A DNA stretch of 64,000 nt, from positions 72,664,001 to 72,728,000 of the forward strand of contig OX597821.1 of the NCBI GenBank assembly GCA_951406725.2, given 5' to 3'. The notes under the pieces were generated by a model. The model saw only the letters and a program-made list of their open reading frames with translations. It had not been told where the DNA came from and did not search any database. Positions within the stretch are counted from its first letter, which is position 1. Each line of letters starts with the position of its first letter. Position numbers and translations under genes: made by a program. Positions 1-12,860 of the stretch are shown piece by piece. This stretch comes from Octopus vulgaris (taxonomy: Eukaryota).

Positions 1-255
1 AAGTCAGAAACAGGTAGTCTGATCATTTATTCACTCCTCTGTTTTTTCTCTACAAATTCAGAAATATGATGAGGTCAGTTCACTTGATGTTGTTCTCTCT
101 CTGTTAGTCTATCTGTCTCTCACTTAACCATATAATTATTTTGGTAAATTTCATTCCGGTAAATGTAACGCCATAGAAACTGAAATTCCTTATTCTTTTT
201 ATTTATATTTCTGCAAAAATCCTCTTCAAAAAATAAACACATCATCTTGAGTAAC

Positions 256-963
256 ATACAGTTCTATATTTAAGAGATGAGGAATTATGTACACTATTTA
301 CATTTGACGGATATTTGTCCTCATCTTCTTTGCTGTTAACACAACGTTTCAGCTGATATACCCTCCAGTCTTCATCAGGTATCTTGGAGAAATTTTGAAC
401 CTGGGTTCTCATTCCCAAGGTATTTTTTGATATTATTATTATTATTATTATTATTATTGTCATTGCCTTTGCACAGCTTATAATACTGAAGATTCACTAC
501 CAGTGAACTAAGGTAACACCTCTTATTTTTTGAGCACCATCCGGAGTATTCGGGTGGTTCCAAGCAGTGCTGTTTTCTGCAAGTGCTCCACCCTTATTGC
601 AGCCCCTATCTGTTCCACGTACTTCTTGAGATTTTTACTCACCATTCCCAGGCTTCCGACTACTGCTACCTTTTTCATCGACCACAACTGCTTAACTTCC
701 CAAGCTATCCCGTCATATTTCTTATTATTATTACTATTACTATTATTATTATTCCGAGTTCGATTTGAGGCACTGACCTGAATGATAATAATAATAATAA
801 TAATAATAATAATATCGAAAAATACCTTAGGAATGAGAACCCAGGTTTGAAATTTCCCCAAGACACCTGATGAAGGCTGGAGGGTATATCAGCCAAAACG
901 TTGTGTTAACAACAAACAAGATGAGGACAAATATCCGTCAAATGTAAATAGTGTAAATAATGT
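256..963. mobile_element. Inverted pair of a tRNA-headed element with a Penelope-type hammerhead tail, containing a nested R4/Dong fragment
   Basis: Arms ~256-435 (-) and ~755-963 (+) are inverted copies. Exact 12-bp flanking duplication ATCTTGAGTAAC at 244-255 and 964-975. CTGATGA..GAAACGTT motif present in the arms. Confidence 0.75.
459..722 (-). mobile_element. 3' fragment of an R4-clade (Dong-like) RLE non-LTR retrotransposon
   Basis: Translates to AWEVKQLWSMKKVAVVGSLGMVSKNL..LQKTALLGTTRILRMVL, a typical R4-clade C-terminus. Flanked on both sides by (TAA)n. Matches 19017-19436. Confidence 0.75.
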
Positions 964-2232
964 ATCTTGAGTAACCATAGTAACTTTTGTTCCGCTCTAA
1001 AATTACAGAGTCTTAGGTATAAATTACTTTTATAACATTTATTAAATTAAAGTTAATATAATTTAACTCTGCAAGAAGTTTTTGTTATAGAAATTCTGAG
1101 AGAAGATCTTCCCACAGTCTATTAAATTCGAATGATGGTTTTCTTGATATCAAAATTCTACATAATAAAAACCTCAGGGAGTTGAATACCATCTGTTGGT
1201 AACGTGATCCATCATGAACCTCTTGGAAACGAGGAAGTGGAAGAAGTTGGTATTCAGAAGAAAAAGAGACAAACATATTAAGGAAATTAAAGTAAAAATA
1301 AATAATCTATATATTCTATATATATATATATATACAATATAAACAAATTAATTATATATATATAACTATATATAACAATATAAAGACACTAACATAATGT
1401 ACATACATATACAGAATGGTGTGGAATGGTTGCTGGGAAGAGATCTTCATTTTAGAAAAGCTGTTAAGAGTTTAACGCCATCAGTTAACAAAAAAGGAAG
1501 CCCTGCACCAAAAACATCTGTTATTTCATTTAACTCAGTCAAAGTAAATGGAAACGTTTTGTGTCGATAAAGATAAGACTATTTACACAAGGGGCTGTAC
1601 AATAGTTCAATGGTTTATAAAAAAGGGAAAAAAATCTTTTCCAAAATGCATTTTTTTAAAAACTAAATTTCAGTAATGGTGATGTTCTAGGTTTTCATAT
1701 TTTTTGTATATAATCAAATCTAAATATTTTAAGATATATATTTTTTTTAACAATCATAAAAACCTGCTAGTCTGAAACAATTGACATTCTCATTTGCAAA
1801 ATATCTTTATTTTTGCAAATGTTTTTTGAAATCTGAACTCCAATTAAAAGAAAGGTACAAAAGTAACATATTATTGCTAGAAACATGGCCAAAGTAGATT
1901 TAAAGACCAAAATTCCAGTGACAAAATAATGGTAATAATCCTCTAAATCAGTGGTTCTCAGCCTGGGGTCTGTGGACCCCTGGTGAGCCACAAAGGTAGT
2001 ACTGAGGGTCCATGAGCTAAATTGAAAATTTCATATATGAACACAAAGTTAAATGCTAGAAACAACAACAAATTATGAGAAAAACCATCAAAGTTCTAAA
2101 TGCAATTAAAAAGGAGAGAAAAAGAAAAAAGAAATTTTAATGAAAGTAAACATTGGTAAATCAAATTTTTTCAAAAGAATTGGTTGATCTGTCAAGAACA
2201 CCTTTTCTTTAATCTGTTGAGATAATTGATGG

Positions 2233-2455
2233 TGATGCTGTATGGTTGAGAGGCTTGTCTGGTTTCAAGTTCAGTCCCTCTAAGTGGAACCTTAGGCAAG
2301 TGTCTTCTCCTATAGATCCGGAATGAACAAAACTTTGAGAGTGGATTCGGGAGATGGAAACTGAAAGAAGCTTGTTGTATACGTATATGTCTCCTTGTCT
2401 TGATATCAGGTGATAGTTGTAAACAAGTGCCACTGTCATACAAGTGGTGAAATAG
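2233..2455 (+). mobile_element. tRNA-derived SINE family A (degenerate)
   Basis: Shares GGCAAGTGTCTTCT..GTGGATT..GGAAACTGAAAGAAGC with 14216-14577. Confidence 0.65.
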
Positions 2456-2939
2456 GCCAAGAGATAAGGTACTGGACTACATATAAACTAGTCAGAGGTT
2501 CAAGTCTACAGCAAATATTTTGTCATGTTTCTGGGTAGGTCACATTCTCCTACATTGTCCTTGACTAAATAATGGTTGTTGGGAATTGATATCTTGATAG
2601 GATGCCAGACAAACTAGAATCTTAACATTTAGGAGGTGAGATTTATCTCTCGACTACATTATCCCAGGAACCTGGAGCTCAGTTCTGATTCTCAAAAGAA
2701 CCCAGGTGACATTACTGTGGATGCAACAGCTAAAGTAGATTAGATAAACTTAGCCAAGGAGATAATGTAACACCAGGGACAGAGCGTAAATGACCAATCC
2801 CTAGGCTAGTTGTCCAGGATACAGTTATTGATAGCTAGCCATTTTCTATTCAGTGTGAATTCAAGAAAAATAGAAAATTGAAGAAATAGGTAAATAAAAC
2901 ATATAAAATAGTCTTAGTAATAAAAAAAAATCTACTTAC

Positions 2940-3001
2940 TTAATTCTTCCATGATTTTGGAATAAAGTGGATGGTCCCAGGATGTACGCTCTGTCATACA
3001 A
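2940..3001 (-). CDS. Dystrophin-family gene exon, C-terminal half of the WW domain (S)CMTERTSWDHPLYSKIMEEL
   Basis: 62-nt exon with acceptor ttttaacttccag and donor gtaagt. WDHP motif; dystrophin has NHETQTTCWDHPKMTEL. Phase-2 start fits the 21311-21371 exon. Length equals human DMD exon 63 as I recall it. Confidence 0.88.
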
Positions 3002-3510
3002 CTGGAAGTTAAAATGTAAAAACATGAAAATAAAAAAGTTATTTACTTTGGAATCATACAATGTCAAAATGTCTGATAAAAGAATTAGAAAACTTTTTGT
3101 TCTCTTTTAATTGGTTTACATTACACAAAAGTGAAACAAAAAGGACTTGAGGTTCACCTGTGAACCCCTTATATTTCAGATATATCAATGACTTTGGTCA
3201 CTTAGTGTCCACTGTGGAAAACTGCTGACTGTGGTAGTGGACACATAGGCATTGGATGCAGAGGAAGTGAAAAAATTGGCAAAAAAATTAAGAGAACATG
3301 TCCTGCCAGGTGTGTAACGTTTATGTGTATGAGCAAAGTGGTTAAGAGAAACTGAGAGAAAAACCAGGTGTAAAAGTAATTAGATGTAATGTACAGGTGA
3401 GATGACTGAATTATAAAGTGCAACAGATGTGTAATGTGTGTGACTGATGTCAGGTGAAGAAGTGTCAGGAGATCCGAGTGGGAAGGAAACTGTTTTTTTG
3501 TTTTTTCGTT

Positions 3511-3795
3511 TCATCATTTAACGTCTGCTTTCCGTGCTAGCATGAGTTGGACGGTTCGACCGGGGTCTGGTAAGCCAGGAGGCTGCACCAGGCTCCAGTC
3601 TGATCTGGCAATGTTTCTACAGCTGGATGCCCTTTCTAACGCTAACCACTCTGTGAGTGTAGTGGGTGGTTTTTAAATGCCACCGGCACAGGTGCCAGGC
3701 GGGGATGGCAACGGCCATGATCGGTTGGTGCTTTTTACGTGCCACCGGCACTGGTATCACAACTACAATTTCCATTGATTTTTTGATTGATTTTG
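3511..3795 (-). mobile_element. RTE LINE 3'-tail copy
   Basis: Reverse complement of the CACCCACTACACTC..TTAGGAAGGGCATCCAGCTGTAGAAAC..(GAT)n tail seen at 45250-45426. Confidence 0.8.
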
Positions 3796-3964
3796 ATAAA
3801 CCAAAGAAGAAATGGCTAACAGAACACTACAGGTGGTGAGATGCTGCTTTGAGGAGGGGCCATCCACTTTGCCATGCCAGCACGGGAAAGTGGATGTAGA
3901 AATGATTATCAAGATGATGATGATGACATGTCAAACACAGGAGTCTAGACAGGAAGTTCACTTT

Positions 3965-4340
3965 GCAATCAAATGGTTCTGGGTTCAGTTCCACTGCATG
4001 GCACCTTGGACAAATGTTTTCTATTGTAGCCCAAGGCAGACCAATGCCTTGTTAGTGAATTTGCTAGGTAGAAACTGCGTGGAAGCCTGTCACATGCACG
4101 TGCATGCGTGTGTGTGTGTGTGTAAGCAGGCATCTTAAGTGTTCGTGTTTGTCCTTCAACACTTGACAACTGATGTTGGTTTGTTTCTGAGCCTGAGACC
4201 TAGCAGTTCAGCAAAAGGAGATCAAAAGAACAAGTACCAGATTTAAGAGTACACGCAGGGGTTGATTCTATCGACCAAACTCTTCAAAAAGTGGTCCTCC
4301 CAGGAGAGCCATAATCCACTGACAGAAACAAGTCAAAGAG
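3965..4340 (+). mobile_element. SINE family A
   Basis: GGTTCAGTTCCACTGCATGGCACCTTGG head, internal (TG)n, shared 3' body. Confidence 0.7.
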
Positions 4341-4574
4341 TGTACAGACAGAGAGAGAGAGGAGAAAATGACTATAGTGAAACAAGATTTCTTGACTGAC
4401 CTTTTAGCACAAGCCTACATAAGTTGGAGAAAGGGTGTAATGGATCTAATAAAGCCTAGTGTATTACCATTTCCATTGACTTGCGGAAGAGCAAAAACAA
4501 AGTTGATACCGATATGATTTTAACTCGGAACCAAACACTCTCCATTATTTATGTCAAACATTATTTATTTAAAC

Positions 4575-5056
4575 CAGGGTCACCAAACTTTTTCCACCAT
4601 CGATCCCTTTTAGCCACTTCTTCTGCATTGACCACCCTCTTCATTTAAAATATCTTAATACTGTCACCCTATTTTACCATATCTTAAATGTGTACCAGGT
4701 TCTGATGCTGGCAATTAAAATTTTAGCTAAAATATGCATGTACGACAAATTAAGAAATTCTATTGAAGATGACACACTTTTTACATTTAAAAGTACGAGT
4801 ACGAGTATACAGTATTACACTTTGAATTTTTATGAAATAGTTTTCACGGTTAGAAAATGTGAATAACTCATCATATGCTGGAATATCTTTTACCGAAATT
4901 GAGAACATCAATGCAAGGGATGAGCATGGCGCTGACTAAGTATTCAAGCTGTTTATCTGGGTGCCGACCCTCATTCGACCTGTTGGCTATCATCAACTCC
5001 CTGTAATTCTTCACCAATCCCTAAGGGGTCCCTCAGATCCCCTTCGGCAAGCCCCG
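4575..5056. mobile_element. Non-autonomous hAT-type DNA transposon
   Basis: Exact 8-bp duplication ATTTAAAC at 4567-4574 and 5057-5064. Degenerate CAGGG.../...CCCG termini. Confidence 0.6.
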
Positions 5057-5319
5057 ATTTAAACCAACAATAAGTAATGACAACCTTATGGCTTCTGGTT
5101 TTGCTACAAGAACTACAAGTTTTAGGGAGGAATACAGTCAACAGACTATTTTACGATATTGACTAGCACACATTTTATAGCCCCAGGATACTGATGGCCC
5201 TTGTGGCATTTGAACCCAGAACATAACACTAACTAAACATCACAAGACATTAGTAGATGAGCACAGCAAATTCTGTTATCAACAACATATGGAAGAGACT
5301 GCCATCTTTTGTATAAAAG

Positions 5320-5322
<3 letters not shown>

Positions 5323-5355
<33 letters not shown>

Positions 5356-5622
5356 GAGGGAGAGAGAGTGAGAGTGAGAGAGTGAGAGTGAGAGAGAAAG
5401 AGTGAGAGAGAGAGAACTTGGTTTTGTAAGAGATTATTGTTAATTTGAGATAACATAAACTGCTGCCAGAATTCAAATTGACAAAAATGGCTAGAGTTAC
5501 TAGCAGCAGCAGCAGCAGCAGGAACAGACTGGTGGTGGTGGTGGCAGTTGGGTTGATTAGTTAGTATAAAAGATTAATTCTGAGATAAACAACAGTACAT
5601 CAAGAAATAGGATTTTTAAAAG

Positions 5623-5671
<49 letters not shown>

Positions 5672-5750
5672 GGAGAGAAAGAGAGAGATGAGGGGAGAGA
5701 AAGAGAGAGATAATAGGGAAAGAGAGATGAGGGAGAGAGAGAGAGAGGGG
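5323..5750. repeat. (GA)n / GA-rich microsatellite cluster
   Basis: GA tracts at 5323-5415 and 5624-5750; (CAG)n at ~5502-5521. Confidence 0.95.
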
Positions 5751-6499
5751 GGAAGAGGATTAAGTCTAACGAATATTGACACCCTGTTTCAAAATGTGAC
5801 ACATGGCCAGCTCTACCCAAAGTGGATTTGAAAGAGGAATTATATCGATATTATTACCCATCAGTTAAACCATCATACGTTAGTCTGTATCTTAAAAAAA
5901 AAAGAAGTAAAAAAGAGAAAATCTGCCTGCCACCCCACCCCTCACCTACACACACAAAGATACTGCTTGTAATAATCATGATTAATTCTTTGGCAAGAGA
6001 ACTCAGCTGAAATCATAATAAATAAAACAGTTGCATAATATATTAGAGTTATAGGAGAACTTTTAATAACCCTTTCACATTTAAACCAGCCGTGTGTCTG
6101 GTTCAAATATCCTTTCTGATTCGTGTTCAAAACGTCGAGATCTGACCTCTCACACCTACCCTACAATGTCATTCGAAACATAAACAGTCATACCACCAAA
6201 ATATCAAAAGCTGCAAGATAATGCGTGATTAATTCAAAAGAACCTTAATAAACAAGGATTAAATTTGGTGGAGGAATCTGAACGCTGAATGAGCATCTAT
6301 GATAATGCCCATGGGCATTATCATAGATACTCATTATCATAGATACTCATTATCATTAGTATTATTAATAGTATTTTGATGAATCACTTGAGCAAAAAAA
6401 GTATTTTACATTGATTTAAAAGACTAATAAAGTCAGAAGTGATTTTATCTTTCTTCATTCTGGGGTCAACAGTTTTAGATTTATTTAAATTCAGTGAAA

Positions 6500-7057
6500 T
6501 CAAAATCAAAGTGAAATTCGGTGACTGGCCTCCGTGCTATCAGGGTGCAAAGAGCACCATATGAGTATGATCATTGACAGAGTGGCTAACCGGCTTCCAT
6601 GCCAGTGGCACATAAAAGGCACCATTCGAGTGTTATCGTTACCAGCATCACCTTACTGGCACTTGTACCCCGTGCTAGTAGGGTGTTAAGAGCACCATCC
6701 GATCGTGATCGTTGCCAGAGCGGCTAACTGGTTTCCTTGCTGGTGGCATGTAAAAAGCACCATTCAAGCGTGATCATTACCAGCATCGCCTTACTGGCAC
6801 CTGTGCTGGTGGCATGTGTAAAAAGATTTGAGCGAGGTCATTGCCAGTACTGCCTGACTGGCTCCATGCCGGTGGCACGTAAAAAGCACCCACTACACTC
6901 TCGTAGTGGTTGGCGTTAGGAAGGGCATCCAGCTGTTGAAACTCTACTAGATCAAGATTGGAGTCTGGTGCAGCCATCTGGTTCACCAGCCCTCAGTCAA
7001 AATCGTGCAACCCATGCTAGCATGGAAAACGGATATTAAACGATGATGATGATGATG
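6500..7057 (+). mobile_element. RTE LINE 3'-tail copy with internal ~60-bp subrepeats
   Basis: Repeated GGTGGCACNTAAAA units, then the conserved tail and (GAT)n. Confidence 0.85.
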
Positions 7058-7139
7058 TGAAGTTAATAAACTCAACAGCACAGAATGTCCCTACAAGAAT
7101 TTGAGACGTTTGGAGTATCTTAGAAATTATCTTTTCATC

Positions 7140-7488
7140 GTTTACCTTTTATCTCTTCGTCATTAGTCTGTGGCCATGCTGGGGCACCACTTTGAAGAAA
7201 TTTTAGCCAAATGAATCAACCCCTGCACTTACCCTTTTATAAAGCCTGGCACTTATTCAGTCGGTCTCTTTTGCCAAACACTTGTCAAGCAGTGGTGGGA
7301 GACAAACACAGACACACACACACACAGAAAATAAGCTTCTTTCAGTTTCCATGTACCAAATCCACTCAAAGCTTAGGTTGGCTCAAGGCTATAGTAGAAG
7401 ACACTTTCCCAAGGTGTCATGCAGTGGGACTGAACCCAGAACCATGTGGCTAGGAAGCAAGCTTCTAACCACACAATCAAGCCTGCAC
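7140..7488 (-). mobile_element. SINE family A
   Basis: Reverse complement of the family A head and body. Confidence 0.75.
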
Positions 7489-9163
7489 CAGAATTTTTTT
7501 ATATACTGTAATATATATCACCATCACCATTTTATGCATACCTTTTCCCTGCGGGTATAAGTTGGACACGCCTTTCACTTGGACTGTGGCCGGGACACTG
7601 TCTTCAAGGGCTTAGTAGAACAGACAGACACCAGGACTTATTTTTCTTCATTATTATATTGGATTCTTTTGCCAAACTGTTAAGTTACGGGAATGTAAAC
7701 AAACTAACATCAGTTGTTAAGCGGTGGAGTGGACAAACCCAAAGACACAGGCATATATACACGACAGGCTTCCACACAGTTTCTAATGAAATTCATTCAA
7801 AAGGCACATGTCAATGCAAGACCCTTGCCCAAGTTTGAACTGGAAACCTGAAACTCATGGTTGAAAAACAAGTTTCTTAACCACACTTCCAGGCCTGCAC
7901 CCATCACTCGTTTAGAAGATCATTAATTAATTCCAGTTTGACAAAAGCTTTGCATTTGCCAGTAATTTTATGCTTTGATGTTTAGAAATAAGAACAGCAG
8001 TTCTTAGTGGGCTATGAATGATGGATTCTGTGGCTGTGACTGATGAAGTGCAACCATGCAGAAATGCCTGCTTTACAGTCTAATGATGTATTTCATAACC
8101 CAGCTCAGTAGATTTTCACACACATTGTCTATAAGGAGAATCTTTTTTTCCAAAGACACTGTAGTAAAGGTCTTTTCTATAGTTGAGTGTACACAACCAT
8201 GTTAAATATGGAACCACACAATCTGACCCATGCAAGCATTGAAAAGTGGATATCAAAATGATGATGATGACAGTTTAATGAAAATACTTTCTATTTATCC
8301 ACCTTACTAAAAATGAAACAAAAGAAAAGATAAACAAACAGAGCAGCTGTTTACTTTTAGTGGTGGGATTTAAAAATTATTCCTGACAAAGAAAGTCTTA
8401 TGAATCAGTGTACAAAGTATAATTAGAGAGGGGGGGAGAGAGAGAGAGAGTGTGTGTGTGTGTGCGTGTGTAAACATTCCTAACTATTTCTTCCAGTTTT
8501 ACAATGAGTTGAATGACAAATAAATAAAATTTCAAAAGCATAATTAGTTAATTAAGTAAAAATAAGAGAGGTTGATTGCTGTGCAAATGTTTCATTATTT
8601 CTGTCTAGACTTAATTGCTTTTAAATTTAATATCTGGATACCTCCTACCACACAGGTACGTGTGTGCGTGTGTGGTGGAAACCTTTTATTCACACACCCA
8701 TGCTTGAACTGTAACAATAGCGATGTCTTTCACATTCATATTCCTGGGTCTGTTGAATCACAAAACCAAAAGAGTGAACTTTATCGACTAACAATGCCTG
8801 GGATACCAAGTTCACTTCTCTGTTGTGGCTCTTCCACTTTCTCTATGTATTTCGGTCACTCAGGAATATCGTTAGCCCTAGATCTTTAAAAGCGCTAAGA
8901 CTGCCATTTCCTAATCAAGGGGAAAAGGTCAAACGATTAACTAACACACTTGTTGGAGTGTGGTTAAGAAGTCAGCACTTCAACATGTTCCAGGTTCAGT
9001 TCCAATGCGAGGCACCGTGGGCATAGTGACTTCTACTCCAGGTGGAGCAGAGCCTTGTGAAGGCATTTGGCAGACAGGAACTGAAAGAAGACCATCATGT
9101 GAGTGTGTGTGTATATACACATGTATATCTATATCATCATTTAACAAATATGTGTATGTATAT

Positions 9164-9201
<38 letters not shown>

Positions 9202-9206
9202 GTGAA

Positions 9207-9480
9207 GGCGCATGGCTTAGTGGTTAAGGTGTTGCATTCACGATTGCGAGATCATGGGTTCAATTCCCAGACTGGATGTTGTGTTGTGTTTTTGAGCAAA
9301 GCACTTCATTTCATGTTGCTCTGCAATCATTTCGACACCTGACCTGTTGCACCTGTACAGGTAATGTTGATCTGATGGAGGGAGTGAGCTTAAGTCTACA
9401 CAAACATTTGATCACTATAAACAGATCATCTGTCTGGTTGTTCGGTAAGAAATTGTCAGACCTTTATACGTCGACTAACA
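9207..9480 (+). mobile_element. tRNA-derived SINE family C
   Basis: A box TGGCTTAGTGG and B box GGTTCAATTCC; head related to 28945 and 46461. Confidence 0.7.
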
Positions 9481-11751
9481 ATGGGAGAATATACATATAT
9501 ATGTAAATCCACACACATGTATATATATATGTATATATATATATGTATGTATATATCTAAATGTGTATGTACACATACATATACACTTGTATGCGTGTGT
9601 CTCCTTGTGCAGTTGTAAATGAGTGACATCATCATATAAGTGGTGTTATCTGTTTCCATGGAAACAGGTTAGGGTTAGCAACAGGAAGAGCATTTGGCTG
9701 TAAAGAAAATCTGCCTCAACAGATTCCATCTGACCCATACAAGGAGAAGTGGAGACATTTAAATGATGATGATGATTATATAGTGTTTATATTCATTGTA
9801 TGAATGTAGAGTTGCCTTTCTCATGACACATTGCTTGAATCAAGAAATCATCAAAATGAGTTTTAGGTTTTTCTTTGATGCAATGAGGTTTGCAACACCT
9901 TCCAGGTTGTCTTCTACGGAACCCTCTGTTTTCTCAACTCAGTCCTGACTCTTTCTTTTCTAAATCTTCTTCGACCCATTTCTATTACAGAAAATTGTTA
10001 TTGCCAATTTCACGGCACTGTGAAAATCCCATCTTTCATCCTCCATTCACATGACAATCCCAAATGGGAATCCCATTGTCACCTCTCCTGCAAACACTTT
10101 ATTTGCAGACATTTCATGTACAGTTTCTGCCCCACAAATTCTATAGACACACTGCAAAGTGAGCAGTGAATAAGTGGAGACAATAATGGACGAGGAGTCT
10201 TGTCAAGGAGATGCTAACCTCTCTACAAATATAACCTGTGCCCTCTATAAAATGGTTGATGATATGAAGGGTATCAAACTGAAGAAGGTAAACCACAAAT
10301 GGAATATAAAGGTGTCCTCTGATCTGCCTAACAGGGTTATAAGGTCTGAATAAGGACTTGGACAGTGACAATTTGTCCAACCTATGTCAGCATGGACAGC
10401 AGGTATAAAACAATGAGGATGACGAAGATGATGGTGGTGCTGTCTGAGAGTGAAGATTTGACAATAATTTTGTTATTACTGTCACATTCATTCCTATTCT
10501 TTAAAAATCTGAACTATTAGAACTTGGAAAAATATTTCCACCACTCTTGCATCAATGTTTGTATCTCAGTTGATTAATATCAGTGAGAGAGGAGAGAGAG
10601 AAAAAAAGATAGAAGGGAACCAGAGGGAAAGGGAGGGAAAAGAAAGAGAAAGAGTAAAACGGAGATTACAAAAACTAGAAATGTTTTAAAACCAAACCAA
10701 AAATTTATAACAATTATTAATGATGTTAACGAACATTTAAAAATAGTTTTGAATTTTAAGACTCTCTTTCCTTCAGCAGCAGCAGAAGCGGTAAATTAAA
10801 TTAAATTTGTCTAATTGGCACTGGAGTCAAGGTAGGTGGTAGATTGATAAAGGTTTACGTAAAGTAAGGTAATATTGTTATCAGCTACAAGATGCTCTAC
10901 ATATATTAGTTATAAATCTGGGTACTTAGTTGAGAAAATGGGGGGATGGATGGGGAATGGAGAGAGAAAGAGAGATGGTGATGGTGGTGTAAGCAATAAA
11001 ATAAGAACAAGTTATGTACCAATCATAAGGGCCATCATAACTATAGACAGATTTTACAAGTTGCAGAATAAGGGAAGAACTACCAAATTCTTTGTGAATT
11101 TTATCTGAGGTTAATACATTAATCAACGAGATTTGTTTCTCATCCACTTAATATCAAGAAAACCAGAGTTAAGGACCAGCTTTCAGCTCCTAAGTGAAAT
11201 CTGTCTACTTTTAGGAAAGAGAAGACAGAAAAGAAAAAAAGTTGAGAAGAGTAGGGAAAAGAAAGAGGAAGAGGTGAAAAGGTAAAGAAGGAGAGAGAAA
11301 AAGAAAGAAAGAAAAGTGAGTGTGATAAAGCAATTTCCAGCTCTTGTTTGGCATTGTACCATTCCAGTGGATGATGTTCTACTGTAAAATATATGAAAGC
11401 TAGCTAGACGTGGTAGATGTGTTGCTATCAGTATTTCGAGAGATACAATCATACTGTTGTAGTATCTTCTAGCTAGACATGGCACATCTGTTGCTATCAC
11501 CATGCTGGAATTTCTGGTGAAACTGATAGATTTAAAATTTGAAAAAAAAAGAAAAGAGAAAAAAAAATGGAAGAAAAAAAAACAAAAACATGAGCCAATG
11601 TAATTCATCACTGAGTGAAGTCAGGTCATTTTTTTTTTATGTCTACAGTTTAGGAAGAGAGACTGGATGGTGAAGAACCAGGTGAAAGGAAAAGAGAGAG
11701 AGAGAGCATGTAGTTGAGTGTTTTCTTCATACAATTTATTATTACCATGTT

Positions 11752-12165
11752 AGGGTGGCAGCAGACACAGTAGAGCGTCAGGCAAAATACCTGGGTGCAC
11801 AGTTTATGTCTACCAATATTCTGAGTTCCAATTCCACCAAGGTCAGCTTTACTTTCCATCCTTCCACAATGGATAAAATAAAATGCCAATCAAGTACTAG
11901 GGTCAGTTCAATCCACTAGCCCCCTCCCCTCAAAACTGCTCCCTAGTGCCTAAATTAGAAGCAATTATTATTATAAAGGTGGAGAGCTGCTAGAATCTTT
12001 TGTGCATTGGACAAAATCCGTAGACTTCAGATTCTATCAAGGTTGATTTGACCTTTCCTCTTTTGCAGGGTTGATAAAATAAGTACCAGTTACATACTGG
12101 GGTCAATGTAGTAATTGATTTCTTGGACCTCCCCTCAAAATTCTGGCTTTGTGCCAAAATTCAAA
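11752..12165 (+). mobile_element. Two tandem SINE family B copies with a Meta-SINE-like central domain
   Basis: TGGCAG..GAGTTC(A)AATTCC head and CTTTC(C)ATCC..GATAAAATAAGTACCAG core. Confidence 0.65.
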
Positions 12166-12177
12166 GGAACTAGTATT

Positions 12178-12599
12178 TACATTATTTACATTTGACGGAT
12201 ATTTGTCCTCTTCTTGTTTATTGTTAACACAACGTTTCGGCTGATATACCCTCCAGCCTTCATCAGGTGTCCTGGGGAAATTTGGAACCTGGGTTCTTGT
12301 TCCAAAGGTATTTTTCAATGTTATTATTATTATTCAAGTCACTGCCTCGAATCAAACTCGGTATCTACTAACCTCAAGATTCCAGGCAATGACCTAAATA
12401 ATAATAATAATAACAATAACAACAACATCAAAAAATACCTTAGGAATGAGAATCCAGGTTCGAAATTTCCCCCAAGACACCTTATGAAGGCTGGAGGGTA
12501 TATCAGTTGAAACGTGTTAACAACAAACAAGAAGAGGACAAATATCCATCAAATGTAAATAATGCACATAATTTCTCATCTCTTGAATATAGAACTGTA
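12178..12599. mobile_element. Second inverted pair of the tRNA/hammerhead element
   Basis: Inverted arms homologous to 256-963. Near-duplication GAACTA(G/T)TATT at 12167-12177 and 12600-12610. Confidence 0.75.
12227..12270 (-). ncRNA. Minimal type I hammerhead ribozyme of Penelope-like-element type
   Basis: Minus strand reads ACAC-CUGAUGA-A-GGCUG-loop-CAGCC-GAAA-CGUU-GUGU. Stem I is ACAC/GUGU, stem II is GGCUG/CAGCC, and a palindromic ACGU replaces stem III. Confidence 0.72.
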
Positions 12600-12633
12600 G
12601 AACTATTATTATTATTATTATCAATGTTATTAT

Positions 12634-12860
12634 TGTGGCAAGTTGGCAGAATCGGTAGAGCATCAGACAAAATGCTTAATGGCATTTTGTCCATCTTCAT
12701 TGTTTCATGAGTTCAAATTCCACTGGGGTTGGTTGACTTTACCTTTCAGCCTTTTTGTGGGGTGGTGGTGATAAATTAAGTACCAGCTGAGTATTAGGGT
12801 CGATGTAATCGACTGTCCCCTTTCCCAGATTTCAGGCCTTGTACCTATACTAGAAAGAAT
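12634..12860 (+). mobile_element. SINE family B
   Basis: Matches 35932-36140 and ends in (ATT)n. Confidence 0.7.

Noticed and set aside
5250-5831. LSLSLS and ERERER ORFs
   Set aside because: Translations of (GA)n microsatellites.
9207-9275. tRNA genes (also near 20741, 28945, 46461)
   Set aside because: A and B boxes are present but there is no intact acceptor stem, and each continues into a repeat body, so they are SINE heads.
11401-11499. 30-bp imperfect direct repeat with a weak hairpin (possible miRNA)
   Set aside because: The stem is too short and bulged, and I recognise no miRNA.
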